Positions 13,855 to 28,354 of a DNA stretch of 64,000 bases are shown here, piece after piece (the stretch's first letter is position 1; each line of letters opens with the position of its first letter). Under the pieces are notes generated by a model that did no database searches, had not been told where the DNA came from, and saw only the letters and a list, made by a program, of their open reading frames with translations. The DNA lies in the NCBI GenBank assembly GCA_964016885.1, contig CAXHJY010000522.1, forward strand, positions 135,516-199,515, read 5' to 3'. This DNA is from Eledone cirrhosa. Its lineage: Eukaryota. A program made the position numbers and the translations under genes.

Positions 13855-14375
13855 TACATTACCTTTCATCCTTCTAAGGTTCTGAGTTCATATTCAAATT
13901 TAAATTTTCCATCATTATTTTATGTAAGAACCTTTATGTTGCGATCATGAGATAAATAACGAAAAAGTTACGTATATTACAAATTGCCTCTAAATTCTTG
14001 ATTATTTTCAACAGTAATTGAAAATCATCGGCAGTATTTTTTATTAGAAATATATGGTAATGAAAGTGTTAACATGTTGAAGAAGAGTGACTTATTTGTC
14101 ATGTAATAATAAGACTTCAGTTGAAAGTTTGAATTCATATTTGAACATTTTAATAGAGGTCGTTTTAGGGCAGATTGGTGTCAAAGAATAAATTAATATT
14201 CAATTTGTGTTTTCTATTATGAGTATTTCAGAAACAATCAGAATATTATCCCTGAATACAACCAACCAGTTCAACCCATGCCATGTAAAATGATGACCAA
14301 TGATGAAGATAACAATTTTGCAAAAATCCAGAGAAACACCCATATGAAATTATAAAATAACTTTTTACACATTAA

Positions 14376-14768
14376 CCTTTCAGTTGACATAGTTCTAATA
14401 AAAGAATTAACCTATTATTTTCAAATAATTTTGAAAATAATCAAGAATTTAGAGAGATTTAGAAAAATAACAAGTTTTCATATTATTTAGCTGGTGTTTG
14501 GAGCATAACTTCACACATTTTAATGAAATCTAATGCCTATGGTTTTCAAATAATTTTGAAATAATGAAGAATTTGGAGGGATTTATTAATCCAACTTTCT
14601 CTTTATTTAGCTGTTGTATGAAATGTAAATTAACAAAGGTTATTTAACATAAAATTATGTTGGAAAGTCTTTTCTTTTTGTTTTTTCGGTACGTATGAAG
14701 TCTTTAGTAATAAACAATTTTTCTTATCGAAAAAGGGGTCAGTTTGAGGCAGGTTGGTATCAAAAGGG
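14376..14768. mobile_element. piggyBac-like MITE with internal duplication
   Basis: TTAA-CCTTT ... AAAAGGG-TTAA ends; tttcaaataattttgaaa..taat(c/g)aagaattt block occurs twice. Confidence 0.55.
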
Positions 14769-16111
14769 TTAAGTAAAGAGACAACCTGGTTCAAAATATG
14801 TTTCTATGCAGGGGTGAATATTGCAGAGAATTAGGTTTAGGCCAGGTTAATATGTAGTTTTAGTTATGATGAGTGGGGAAAAGGGTGGTGTTGTACTTGG
14901 AAGCCAACTTTGTACTTCATCTTTTTGGTGGTTGGTGAATTAAAGTACCAAGAAGAAGAAGAAAGGAGGAGGAGGAGGAAGGAGAGGAGGGGAAGACAAA
15001 CTAATTTCAATAATTTTTTAGGCTGCTAAGACTGTTGGGAAGGTGATAAAAAGCACAACACACCTCTCTTTTCGAAACTCCCTATTTGATGCCATATGAA
15101 AACAAAACCAACATGTGTTTCAGAAATACAAACAAAAGCTGTGAAGTGTTGGTGTAGAATGAGAGATAAAGTAAGGTTTAAATGTTACAGATAGGAAGGA
15201 ATGAACCTCTTGTGATTTAGACAATAAGTGTTTTAGTTGTTTGATGAATGGGACAGCCCACTCATGAAATTAATGTGTAAGTCATTGAGCATTCCACAGA
15301 CAATTCTCAGGGAGATTCAGCATTGACAAAGTGTTAGACAAGGCTGGCCCTTTGAATTCAGTCCACCCTGTGGGTTTTCAAACACTTTATATCTACCTAG
15401 TTTCACTAGCAAGATGTCATGCAGCGGGATATAATGATTGTGAAGCAAACTTCTTAACCGTTTATCTATGCTGCAACCACAAATGTTATAGAAAAGGACC
15501 TTTATCATACTGCAAAGGAAACCTGTATCACACATATCTATAGTACTTCATTCCACCACCAACATCTAATTCCATTAATCCTGTTCTTTATTTCCAACCA
15601 GTTATTTCAACTGACACAGACAATCAGTGGGTTTACCTAGTGAATATTCTAATAGACATTTATTTGCATAACATTTCAACAACTACAATTTCAAAAAAGG
15701 TCATTAGAAATACAATAATGAAAAGGTTAATGCATTTTTCAAACTTACCAAACATTCAAGTTTAGGAAGTGCAATAAATGCAAAACTCCTGGCCAACAAG
15801 AATAGCTTCCCAGTTTTAATATATATCTTCTTATAATATATAACCAGCAATTTCTCTGTCTGTCTGTCCGACAGTGGAAACACGTGCGCGCGTGGTTGCT
15901 ATCTCTCTATCTCTCCAGCTATCCCTCTCTTTTTAGTCTGTCTGATTCTCTCACTCTCACTCTTTCTCTTTGTAACACACTAACATTCCTCCCCTCTATC
16001 GTTGTGACGAATGGGGAGATGGGGGAGGAGGAGGAGGAGAGAGTCACTTCGTCACTTCACCTCTGCCTTTCTTTCTCTCCCCTCTCACTCCCTCATTACG
16101 TACAGACATTA

Positions 16112-16304
16112 GGGCGGTGGATTGGCAGAATCTGTAGAGAGTCGGACACCATGCTTCATAGCATGGAGTTACGTAACTTTACGGTCTGAGTTCAAATACC
16201 GCCGAGGTTAACTTTGCCTTTCATCCACACGGGGTCGATAAAATAAAGTACCAGTAATGTACTGGGTAATTGCTGGCCTTGTGCCAAAAGTAGAAACAAT
16301 TATT
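16112..16304 (+). mobile_element. Full-length tRNA-derived SINE
   Basis: gggcggtggattggcag head, B box gagttcaaat, body ctttgcctttcatcc..ggggtcgataaaataaagtaccag, (ATT) tail. Confidence 0.9.
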
Positions 16305-16424
16305 AGAAACATTGCTTCATTTTTACATATCTAAGCATTAGTAAAATAACTAATAATTTCAAAAGTAATTTTTCAATTCCAATTGTTATGAACAGCAAAA
16401 CATTAATAATAATTTTGTTCTAAG

Positions 16425-16612
16425 AAATATATATATATATATACACAGAAATATATATACATTTCTATGTGTAATATATATATATATATACACACAGACA
16501 TATATATACATTTCTGTGTGTGTAATATATATATATATATACACACAGAAATATATATACATTTCTGTGTGTGTAATATATATATATATATATATACACA
16601 CACAGAAATATA
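16425..16612. repeat. ~55-bp minisatellite with an internal hairpin
   Basis: acacagaaat-atatatac-atttctgtgt units separated by (TA)n, about 3.5 copies. Confidence 0.85.
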
Positions 16613-17379
16613 TGGGCATTTCTCTATTTGTCTGTCTGTCTGTCCTTCCCTAAAACCAAAATGTAGGTGCTACAGAAATATTACCTTCCCCTTCCTTTCT
16701 CCACTTTGGTACTACCAAGAGAAACACTGTTGCTATAGAAACATTACCTTCCCCTCTCCACTGACTTTGATCACTGAGGTCGAGGGAATCGCTGGTTGCT
16801 ATAGAGACACCTTGCACAAGCCAGAAGTAACCAGTTCGAGGCGGTTCTGACTTGACACCATGCCAAGTCTGCTTATAATATATAATGGGCATTTCTCTAT
16901 TTGTTTGTCTGTCTGTCCGTCATGTAAAAAATGCCAAGGAAACAAATAGACGTGGTTTCAAATCTCTATGCTTTTCAAATTCATTACATTAATCTTTATT
17001 TATACGTTTTGCTTTACGAGTGTTTCGACTTACGAGTGTTTCGGCTTATGAGTGTTTCGGCTTATTATATATAAACGTTTCTATTTCCATCGTTTTATCG
17101 TAAACGTTTATATATTTCCATCGTTATATCATAACGTTTATGTATCATAACGTTTATATTTCCGTCACTAATCTCTTTTTCTCCTTTTTCATTTTAACAT
17201 ATATTTATTTCAAAGATTTCACCGTATAGATAACATATATATTTATCCATGCATAAAAGACACACCGAGAGATGGTGAACATGTGGTGCCGAAAACATTT
17301 CTCATCCAAATCTCAACAATATCAGTATATACACTAGATTTGCTAGCAGAAAACCGCCCACCGGGTGGTTTTCTGCTAG

Positions 17380-18025
17380 TCCATGTATATAAAACTGAGG
17401 ATGTCTGTCTGTGTGTGAGCGAGTTTGAATCCCGAAAACTCGAGAACCACACAACCGACTGTTTTCAAACTTTACACATGTAATACTTATGTACTTATGT
17501 TTCAGGAAGTGTTCTGAGCAAAAATAATTTCAAATTTTCAATGACCTAGGGACCACATTAGACGATTTAGCGATCTCTCTCTATAATTCTTCGTCTTTCT
17601 CTTTTTAGATAGATACATACATATAACGTCGCGCCCTTATAATATCTGTCTGTATGTCTGACTGTCTGCATTACGTCACTTCCCCAATGATGTCTGTCTC
17701 GGTGTGTGTCTGTGAGTTTGAATCCCTAAACTCGAGAAGTACCCAACCAATTTTTTTCAAACTTTACATGTGTATTACTTATGTTTCAGGGAGTGTTATG
17801 CACATAAAAAAAATTCATTTTCTTTATCCCCTAGGGCCCGCATTAGGTGAAAACCTGCATTTTTCCTGCTTCATCGAGGAAAATCTTAAAGATTATCCAG
17901 CCATCAGAGTATTCTGTTTATTTTCTTTACATATTGTCCAAGCATGCAGTTTTTCCACGATTAGGTCTGTTGGCAGCCCGCGTTCCAAAATACCTTATCC
18001 CATGCAACGCTGGGTACCACTGCTA

Positions 18026-18026
<1 letters not shown>
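17380..18026 (+). mobile_element. Non-autonomous Helitron
   Basis: 5' TC, (CTGT)n near the 5' end, 3' subterminal hairpin cccatgcaacgctggg then CTAG; a longer sister copy lies at 40319-41235. Confidence 0.85.
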
Positions 18027-18059
<33 letters not shown>

Positions 18060-21009
18060 AAGTATATAGATGGAAAAATTATCTTTTAAATCATATCCAA
18101 TTCCTTACACATGTTTCAAGGGAGATGCACATCCAATTATTCTAAAATGTTATGAAACAATTCACATAATCAATATCTATACAGAGGCAATTATATATAT
18201 ATATATATATAGGCAATGGTATATAGGTATATATGGGCATTTCTTTGGAGAAATAAAATCAAGTATCAAATAGAAGCAGAACATGTCTGAAATACAATTC
18301 GTAACTTAGGCAGGTCGGAGGATCTTAGGAGATCCATTAGTATGGCACAAAATATTAAAACTAAAGTTTTTTTTCTAGGTCTCTCTCACAATGTTATTTT
18401 TCTAATTTTTAAAATTGCCTATAGTGTATGTAAAATTGAAATATGACCTATCTACCAGTATAACTTTACATAGGTGTATATACACAGTATTTTGTCATAT
18501 TCTAGCTTATACAGTGAAAATCAACTTCACCTTTCAACCTCCTAAGGTAAATAAATACTTAAGGCTCAATACAATTACTGCTCCCTGCCTACCCATTGAA
18601 CTTTCTTCTCTTATGCCTATCTTAGAAATCTACATTATATAACAAAATCTTTCATTGTACATTTATGACCAAATAACTATCATCCTTTACTGACAACATT
18701 GTTTGAGCATTGTTAATTTTAATGATTGACCTAGTTTGTGATCAGTTGCTGAACAGGTCAACAACATCAGTTACAAACACTGAAGAGAAGTAGACAAAAA
18801 AAAAAATCACAAAACCTGTACAATATTTTTAATACGACTATCATTTTTCACACTTAACCTTATTGTTGGTGTTAAAAGTTTTTTCTATGATTACATCTAT
18901 ACTGTTCTGATTGGTTTCATCTCCAATTGTGATCAGATGTCTTATTCCCAAATAATTATATAGTAAAAGACTGACTGAGGTATAAACTAGGAATCTTTAT
19001 TTCTGAACTAATACCATTCTTACATCTACTGAGACATTAGACATGTAGAATTTGATAGTAAGTGATTTGATCTGAGATCATGTGTTCTATTTAATATATT
19101 GAAACATTTATAATAATGATTTGATTTGGAATCAAGTGTTGTAACTAATATTATTTTTATATCAACTGGGCCATTGACTAATGTACATAGTAAGTGATTT
19201 GACCTGGGATCAAAACAAAAACAATTTATTTTTACTTATCACCATCACCACCACCACATCAATGTTTATTTTCAACAACCTTCCTTTAGATTTTAGGTAA
19301 GAACTTATGTTATGTTCTAAACACTAGCTTAATAATGAGAAAATTTGTTGCATTACTAAATCCCATCAATATTTTGATTACTCTCAAATTCATGATATGT
19401 CTTATAAAAATATGGTAACAAATAGATTAATCAGGTAGGGTAGGAGTAAAGGTGTTCTTGATACATGGCAGTATTCAGAGTAATATGTTGACGAGGGATT
19501 AGTATGGGATCATTGCAGAGTAAAGTGTGGTTTAATAGATGACATTAGCAGAGGAAAGTAATTAATACATCCAACATTGTAATGAATTTATAGCATGTGG
19601 TAAGTGGTGTTAAGGTAGGGAGTTGAGGAGTAACTTAAATTTGACAAATAAAATAGTGTTATGCATCCATTAATAGATGACACCAACTTGAGTAGATAAT
19701 CCAAGAAGCAATAGCAACATCTATATGAGGGATAATTAGTTGGTGTGGGGTCTGGAGAGTTAAAGAGGGGCTTGTTAATATCCAACACCATACCTAAAAA
19801 AAAAATTCAGACCATTTCAATTTGGAGAGCCAAACACTGCCTGGAGGTTCTCAGAATTAGAAGTAAAATGATGAGCAGTAACTGACTCTCAAATATTCAC
19901 ATGTTAAAACAACTTTAGCAATGAGCAGCCTCTCTCTCAAGAGTTGTCAATAATGTGCTCTTTAAACCACTTGATACCAACCCATCTGAGAAAGGATTGA
20001 GGTCCCTTGCATTGAAATATCCAAAATCTCTGCTATGAGATGTAATCTCATAAGAGGCCAGCCAGGGCTGTATTACACCTAAGACTAGCCTATGAGGCCC
20101 ACAGGGACCAAGAGGTCGATGATTTTTCTTTTTTTCTTTTTTTGCTGTAGTGGGTTGAAAGATTTAAGTACCAGAGTGGAAGGAAATACCTGAAAGCCCA
20201 GGTGGCAAGTTATGAGTCGATACAGTCTTGAAGCTAGCTAAACCTACACAGGTGAGAGTTGTAATAATAACCTATCTGAGATGACGAGGTGGCAAATCAG
20301 CAGGTTGGTTAGAGAGTTGGATTAAATGTCATGCTCTATTCCTTCCAGCTCTCTATGGTCAACTATGAATTTCATCTTTTCAGAATCAATAAATAAAGTT
20401 CCTCAGTTTATTGGATTTGTAGAATCATTAGAGTGTCAGGCAAAATGCATTGCAGTATCAATTTTCACTCTGTGTATTTTGAGTTCAAATCCTGATTCTT
20501 TTCACCAGAAACATAGCAACATGATAAAAATGCAGTCCCTTTTATTAAAACACTCAAGAAATCTCCAATGAGAAGCAACATCATTTGAGATCAGCTAAAC
20601 CTATACAGGTGTGAGAGTCATAACAACAAAAACAGCATCAACTTCTTATTCTAATCCTTCCATTTGAAGTGTTTCTATTTAAAGTATGTCCTCTTAAAAT
20701 CCAGCTTAATAAGGAAAAATGTTTTATTGAATCTCTTCAAATTCTTTAGAAAAGAGTTAACTACATTTCACAAAGAAAAAAAAAGAAACAGAAAAAATCC
20801 CAGATTTGAACAAATTAACATTTTTAAATACCTCGTAAATACCTATAAAAAAATTATAGGTGCATCAGATTCATTTGTCAATGTGAGTTTTCAAAGCTAT
20901 TTTAATCTTGACACAACACATGACAAGGAAGAAAGGAAAAAGAAAACAAAAACAAAAAATCAAAACAATAGGTGTCAAGGTGATTGCTTCTGTTGTAAAA
21001 GTACAACAG

Positions 21010-21212
21010 TATTTACTGTCATAGTGTGGATGATTACCACCTTATACCAGAGGAGGCATAGTTGTGTATTTACTGTTATTGTGTGGGTGCAATATAACAA
21101 ATTACCACCATATACCATATGTGGAGGTGTGGCTGTATGGTAAAATGCAATATAGTATTTACTATCACAGTGTGGTTGCATATAATACATTACTGCCTTA
21201 TACCATATGTGT
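21010..21212. repeat. Degenerate tandem repeat, 3 units
   Basis: tatttact..a..gtgtgg...ttacc(a/g)cc.tatacca recurs three times. Confidence 0.6.
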
Positions 21213-21709
21213 AGACATACGTGAGTGGTACAGTGGTTTGCTTTGAAATCATGTGGCTTCAGGTTTAAACCTATAACTCGAGTCACTCTCTTCTACTATA
21301 GTCCTGAGCAAACCAATGCTTTGTCAGTGAAATTAAATATACAGAAACTGTGCAAAAGCCTGTTGTGTGTGCTGATGGTTAGGACTCAACTCCATAAGAA
21401 TTTGAACACTTTATCCATATTTACCCTGGCTATCTCTTTTATTTAGCACAGTCTCAATACACAATCTTCTATCTACCACACTTGTTAATATGGTTACATC
21501 GCATGAATTTTGTTATGAAAAGGATTTTCATGGTAGGCTGGTTTATATTTCACATTCTAATCACCATAAATCTGCTGCTCTAAGTAGTTACTTACATCAA
21601 TTATAAAAGTGTTATTATTTAAAAGTCTTTTTTTAGAATTCATAAATCATACTTGGAAAAGATAAATACAGTTAGATAAAAAAAAACAAAGAAGAAATGG
21701 GGACAAACA

Positions 21710-22041
21710 CTACACCATCTGTTAGACAGTCTATCTCAGCTATGCCCAGAGGACAAGATGACAATCACCACACTCTCTGTTGGACATTATATCTCAGCTA
21801 TGCACTGTGAACAATATAGCAAACCCTACACTCTCTGTTGGACAGTATATCACAGCTATATCACATAGACAAAATAAACTCTACACCCTTAGTTAGGCAG
21901 TATATCTCAGTTATATCTCATAGACAAGATAAACTCTACAACCTTAGTTACGCAGTATATCTCTGTTATATATTATAGACAAGATAAATTCTACACCCTG
22001 TTTGACAGGATATCTCAGTTATATCTCATGGACAAGATAAC
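21710..22041. repeat. Degenerate 55-58 bp tandem repeat, 6 copies
   Basis: ctacac.c.ctgtt.gacagtatatctcag.tat..c.cat.gacaagataa units. Confidence 0.85.
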
Positions 22042-25000
22042 AAAAGTGTTGTCATTAAGAATAGCCAAGCAATACCTGCTGCATCAGTTATTTCACCTTA
22101 GAGAGTCTCTTCTTCACACATAATGCCCTTATCTTGATTCAGTGGAGGAAACCATCAGTCCAATGTTTTAAGACACTACATTTATGTACTATATAAGTAT
22201 CCATTGAGTTTTAATAAAAACAAAATTACTAGTCACATCAATGCGGTTTAATTAGTCACTTACAATGTTACATCTCATAAGGCTTTTTTGAGTGTTTTAA
22301 TGATAGGGATCCCAGTCCTATCATGTAAAGCAACATAAACTGAAACATTTTTCTCAGAACACAATGCACCACCAGAGTCATGAATCAAATCCATGACCTT
22401 ATGATTATGAGTCCACTTGGGCTGCAGGCCTTCACATTTGGTTTTAGTATGAAAAGAGCAACTCAGGTCAATGTCATATTAATCTGCTTCATAGATGAGA
22501 CCAAATTAAAACCAATGAAAAACAATTGCAAGTATAAGGATTTTCTCCAAGTGTTTGAGTTCACATTCAAGAGAAAGTTTGGATCGATGAAGGTGGGGTA
22601 TATTTATGGATTGAAAATGTGTAGATGGTTTACCACTTCTGTGACCATATTTCTAATGAAATACACCCTTGTTCAATTAACTAATAAAGAACTTTGAGAA
22701 ATTTAATAAAATCATAAATTATTTCATTACTAAGACAGTAACTTAACATATGGTTCTTGTATAAAATTGGAAGATTTTAAGTTAAATAGGAAACATTTAA
22801 AATGGATGATTTTGTTTCATAGAAGCAGAGAGTTTTGGCAGAACTGGTATCAAAAAGGTTAAGTGAAAAAATGCTTGATGACTTTGAATATATTCAGATC
22901 CACTTTAACAACGTCAAGAAGTATCAAGAATGAAACAATAATATAACTGCAGTAATTATAGTAGGATCAATGTCTCTGTTTCAGTCTCTCAAAGTAAACC
23001 AAGATAAACCTTTTAAAATCAATAAACCTTTGAGATAGAACAAATGAATATGACAGAGAAAAGTCATTCACAAAGGGTGGTAATATGTATGCTCTCCTCA
23101 ACTGGATGTGTGATGCAACTTGTGGTAATGTTTTAGGACCAAGTTTATGTAGAAACTATCATAAAATCATTAAAAAAAAGGTGGATAAAGACAATGAGTT
23201 GTGGCAAGAAAATGACAAAGGAAAGGCTATGGACGATTCCCAAGAAGTGGAAACCTCCAGTAATCCAGATCCATACACCAGATGAGGAAATGTATTTAGA
23301 GCAAGATTTTAAAGGATTATAAAATTGAATACTTTCTTCTATTATCAATAAAATATAGCTTTTAAGCATCATTAACCTTGAAGTTAAAATTCATAAATTA
23401 TTTATCAGTTAAGGTATCTTATCTAAGGTTGTAACTGTCAATAAAATAACTTTCAAGCAACATTTATTTTAAGAGCTATACTAAAGAATGCAATAATAAT
23501 TTCAGTGTTTCTGCATGCAATAAACTGCAATTATTTAACATTAAACTGTCATTACTCACATAGATTATGATATACATAATGTTTCTGAGGTCAGAATTTT
23601 GGTACATCAACCATATGTGAAACATGCAAATCTTACACATTTATGAAATGCTATAATGTTATTTTCTGGGAAACCCAATAACCATAAATACTTATTTCCT
23701 GTGAATTCATTATTGCATTATCATAAAATTGCTCAGATCCTGTGTGTATATGGCTTAGAATAGGTAAACTATATGTGTATATCATCATCATCATTTTACG
23801 TCTGCTTATCCCTGCTTGCAAGGGTTGGACATGTCCTATTCAGCACAGCATCTCTCCATAAGAGAAAACAAAAATAGAGGAAGGGTGTCTGGCTGCAAAA
23901 CATTGCTTTAAAATGAAAGAACACCATACATATAAAGCCTTTGATGGGGCCTGCAAGATTAACCCACTAAAGCAGGGTTGGAGAGGGTGCGGCTGCTTTA
24001 AAATGCTAACTGCATGAAATTGTGTAGACAACATGCATAATGTAAATGTGACTGGCTGGTTGGCTTCAGGGGTGTTCCAATCAGTGTTTATGGTTGCTGT
24101 ATGATATATTATAATGCATGCTATAATGTTAGCAATTGTAAGTACTACTACCCCACTTGGTAATATAGGTGACAACTTATCAGAAAAACAGCTGCCTGCC
24201 TAAGGAAGGAGCCCCGTGAGACAGAGTGGCTGTGGCAGTTGGTGTCACTGACCGTTCCTCGTGGCAATGCCATTGCCATTTTGTCTGCAGGACACAGCTG
24301 AGAGATACTGCTCAGACTGGGATGTAGAATCTGTCACTCCCACTCTTCCCTTCCTTTTATTGTTTAATTTCTTCTTTCATTTAATTTATTTTCTTTTTCT
24401 TCATTTCCTTATTACTTTGTATAAATATTTCTGTAAATAAAGATAATTTCTTCATGAGAGATAAAAAAAAAACCTTGCTGGAGTTACAGTGAATCATACA
24501 CAGAAAATGTTAAGAGCACTGCTCCTATTAACTACACTATAGTAAAGATTTACATTTCATCTCCTTTTAAGTCAGTCCTTAGAGAGAATTTTTCAGACTT
24601 AAAACATTAACATCAATATCACAATTTATGACAGTTTAACTATAGGGAAGGAGCGGTGCCTAATGGTTAAGCTATTGGGCTCATGATTATAATGGCATAG
24701 TATGTTCTTGAAGAAAGTACTTTATTTCATATTGCTCTTTCAGCCTTGAGATAAATCCTGCTTACTGATAGTATCAGCAACAGAAAGATTGTTTCTAAGG
24801 TTGGATCCTTTCCCTTTTAATATGTAAGTGCAGACACAGAAGATATCCTGGCTTTCCCCCTAACTCTCAGTGTGTAAACACGCATGTTCAACTTTATTCA
24901 AAATATACAAATTAATTCTGCTCTCATTTGTATATAACATATTCCTATTTTACTTTGTCATCTAAATAACTTATATTTTCATTTTCTTCAGCATCATCAT

Positions 25001-26074
25001 CAAATTCTCCACAGGCTAGAGAGATCTAAATGCCTGAAGCAATCAACAGAAGGTTATGTGTGTGCTCCTGATTTTCATGGAATTTTATTTCTGCAATTTT
25101 GGTCAAAAATAAATCCAAACAGAACAGTATCCATTTCATAAGTGGTAGTAATATCTGTTGTATCTATATATAGTAACACAAATCAATATAATTGGTAGCT
25201 ATTGTGATTAAGCATGCATGCACAGTTTAATTATATAAACTTAGTGTTAACACATGTTCATGTGGGGTTAAAAAAATTCACTTCAGAGCCATGTGGTTTC
25301 AGGCTCAGTCCCACTGTGTGGCAACCTCTGCAAGTGTCTTCCTCTATCATCTCAAGAAGACCAGTCCTCATAAGGGAATTTGGCAGATGGAAACTGTAAA
25401 GAAGTTTGCGTGTGTGTGTGTGGGAGTGGGATCGATTCCAGTACTTTTACTTTATATATTGACCCGTCTCCCAAAAGGATAAAAGGTAGAGTTGAGTTCG
25501 ACAGGATTTGAACTCAAAGAACGGAGAACCACCTGTCAGCCTATCTCTCCTCAATCTCTTCCAGCCACACCCTCATCAGCGAGATCCTCCACAAAATGAC
25601 AGAACCTAGCATGGCCAGGGAGCTGGAATAAGCTCTGGCTTATTAGACAAATGAAGGCCTTGCCATCCCCAGTATACCAATGTCCAACATAACTGGGATG
25701 ACAACGAGTGCAAGTCCACCTTCATGCAGATCAAGTCTTTCTTGACCAACGCTGTCTTGCCTGTCTACACTCCACCTCACAACCAAACAGTGGTGCTTGG
25801 CTCAATTTAATGCCTTTCTCATCAACCAGCGCCCTTTGGAGTGGCACAGTACCCCAGGCTCCACATGTCTGAGCTATTGTTTTCCTTTTTCACATCCACT
25901 GATATTTACACACACACCCCATACCCACACATATAGCATATTAGTGTGTACTGTTTAGTTACTCATAGTTCACCAGTTTGAGCACTCAATGCTAATATGT
26001 AGATCCACAACACTAGAGAACCTGTCATATACATGCCACAACTGAAGAGTCCTCTTGACATTATATATATAATC

Positions 26075-28186
26075 ATGATCATTGCAAGGGTTGGACGGGT
26101 CCTATTCAGCACAGCATCTCTCCACTTGTCACGGTCCTTCATCATCTCCTCGGTGAGTTTCAGCGATCTGAGGTCTGCTCTCACCACCTCCGCCCATGTT
26201 TTTCGTGGTCTACCTCTACTGGTCTTCCTTCTACTGGGATTTCTTGGCACTTATTACCCAGCAGTCATCCTCCATGCACATCACATGTCCATACCATCTC
26301 AGCTTTCTCTCCCGCACACCACAACTTATCCCTCTTATACCCAGTTTCTTTCTCAACTCGTCCATGCTTGGTCGTTCACGCACATTGGCATTAAACATCC
26401 AACAGAGCATACTTGCTTCATTTCTCTCTAGCCGTCGCATATCTTCTGCAGTTGCTTCCCATGTCTCACTACCATGCAGCATTTCGCATCTCACACAGGC
26501 ATCATATAACCGTCCTTTCGTATGCAGGGAGAAACCCTTCTTAGTCAACAGAGGAAGCAGCTCCCTAAACTTCTTCCAACCCATCCTTATTCTAGATACT
26601 ATGGCCTCGGAACACCCCCCTCCCATGCTAATCTGATCACCGAGGTACCGGAAGCTATCAACCACTTCTATAGAACCCACCTGCATTGGAAAAATGTGTA
26701 CCATTGCGACTCCTACTGTCAAATTTCCCTGTACATCTACTGCATACATAGTTTTCCCTACCTGTTAGTTTGCCTGCTATCCACTACATCTCTTGTGTAC
26801 CCAAGAACTGCATTGCGTACATTTTGTGGAATTTATGCCAGTTCCTTTCCTACATATCCAACATGGCCATTTCCCCGATGGAATCAGAATATTGTCCTCT
26901 CTTCTTCTTATCAACACTTTTGTTTTAGCTATGTTCCCTCAGGCCTCTTGATTCCAACTGTTGTTTCCATAGCCAGAATTTATTTTCTAGCTCCTCTACT
27001 GATTCTGCTATAAGAACCAGATCATCAGCATAGAGAAGTTCTCATGGGCAGCCAGTCTTAAATTCCTCTGTTATGGCTTGGAGGACTATAATGAACAAGA
27101 GCGGGCTGAGGACTGAACTCTGATGTACACCTACTTGTATCTGGAATTCCTCACTCAACTCCATTCCTATTCTCACTTTACTGACAGCACCTCTGGACAT
27201 AGCTTGCACTGTCCTCACAAGCCATTCCTCTACACCTAGTTTCCTTAGGAACCACCAGATGACAGATCGGGGTACCCTATCAAAGGCCTTCTCTATGTCA
27301 ACAAAAGCTAAGTTTAGTGGCATATTCTTCTCTATGAACCTCTGTTGTAGTTGCCTCACTAAGAAGAGGGCATCTGTTGTACTTTTCCGAGGCACAAAAC
27401 CAAACTGCATCTCATCTAATTTGACTTGTTCTCTAATCAGTTGCGCTAATATTCTCCCTGCCACTTTCATAACCTGATCCATCAGCTTTATGCCCCTATA
27501 ATTGCTCCTCTCTAGCGCATCCCCTTAACCTTTGTAGCAATTTATGAGAATACTGCTGGACCAGTCTTTGGGTATGACACCACCATATATAGCTTGATTA
27601 CTGATGCGTGCAACTAGTTTAGTGCCTACTTCTCCTGATACCTTCAGCATTTCAGCAACTATCCCCGACAGCCAGCAGCCTTACCATTCTTCATTTCCTT
27701 AATTGCCTCTTGTACCCTATATTCGTCAATCTCAATAGCTGAACCCTCTGTCGGGTCTACTGGGGGTAATTTCTCTCTGTCCCATTCGTTCTCCACATTT
27801 CATAATGACATTTCCAGGCCTCCTATTTTTTTTTTTATCATCCTTGCCACTAAGTACACCAGCATCATTCAGGACACACTTATCTCCAACAACATCCTGA
27901 TCCATACTGACACACTGCCTTGCAATGCAGAACACTGCACATCTCTGAACATTGGTAAATCTCGTTGCAGAACATTAGCAAATCTCCTACTCTCAGCCTC
28001 CCTGCGCGCTAAGTACACCTAGCTTCTCTCTTAGCGGCTGTGTATCCTTCTCTTCTCCCACCGTTTTTCCAAGTCTTCCATGCCAGTCTTTTGTCTCTAA
28101 TGGCCCTATCTACCATGCTGTTCCACCACCAGGTCACTCTCTGTCTGGTTGAAGCTCTGCCCCAACCACATTTTCTTCAGTAGCCT
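26075..28186 (-). mobile_element. RTE-clade LINE (subfamily C), 5'-truncated and degraded
   Basis: Minus-strand VTWWWN, QFGF, KAFDRVP, GVHQ.SVLSP, FRYLG, RLERNE, LRWYGHV and RGRPRKTW; broken into several ORFs; short 3' UTR. Confidence 0.95.
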
Positions 28187-28354
28187 GCAGTATATATACA
28201 AGGTGTCCCCCCAAAATGTATACACGTATTTATTAGAATTCTGTTTAAGTGTGTATACATTTTTGTATCTAAACTATAATAAAGTAAGGAGTGCGGGACT
28301 GCATCCAGAATATATTTTTTATGCAGTTTGTAAAATAAGTAGGATTACTTTGAA

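Larger units (their letters stand above)
13162..14091. repeat. 215-bp inverted duplication (arms 13162-13376 and 13877-14091)
   Basis: Arms are near-identical reverse complements, with only a few mismatches. Confidence 0.95.

Noticed and set aside
18742-18779. Strong minus-strand acceptor followed by FVTDVVDLFSN*
   Set aside because: Too short to distinguish from chance
19430-19800. Possible ancient L2-like LINE remnant (minus strand)
   Set aside because: Only faint resemblance; motifs not recoverable by eye
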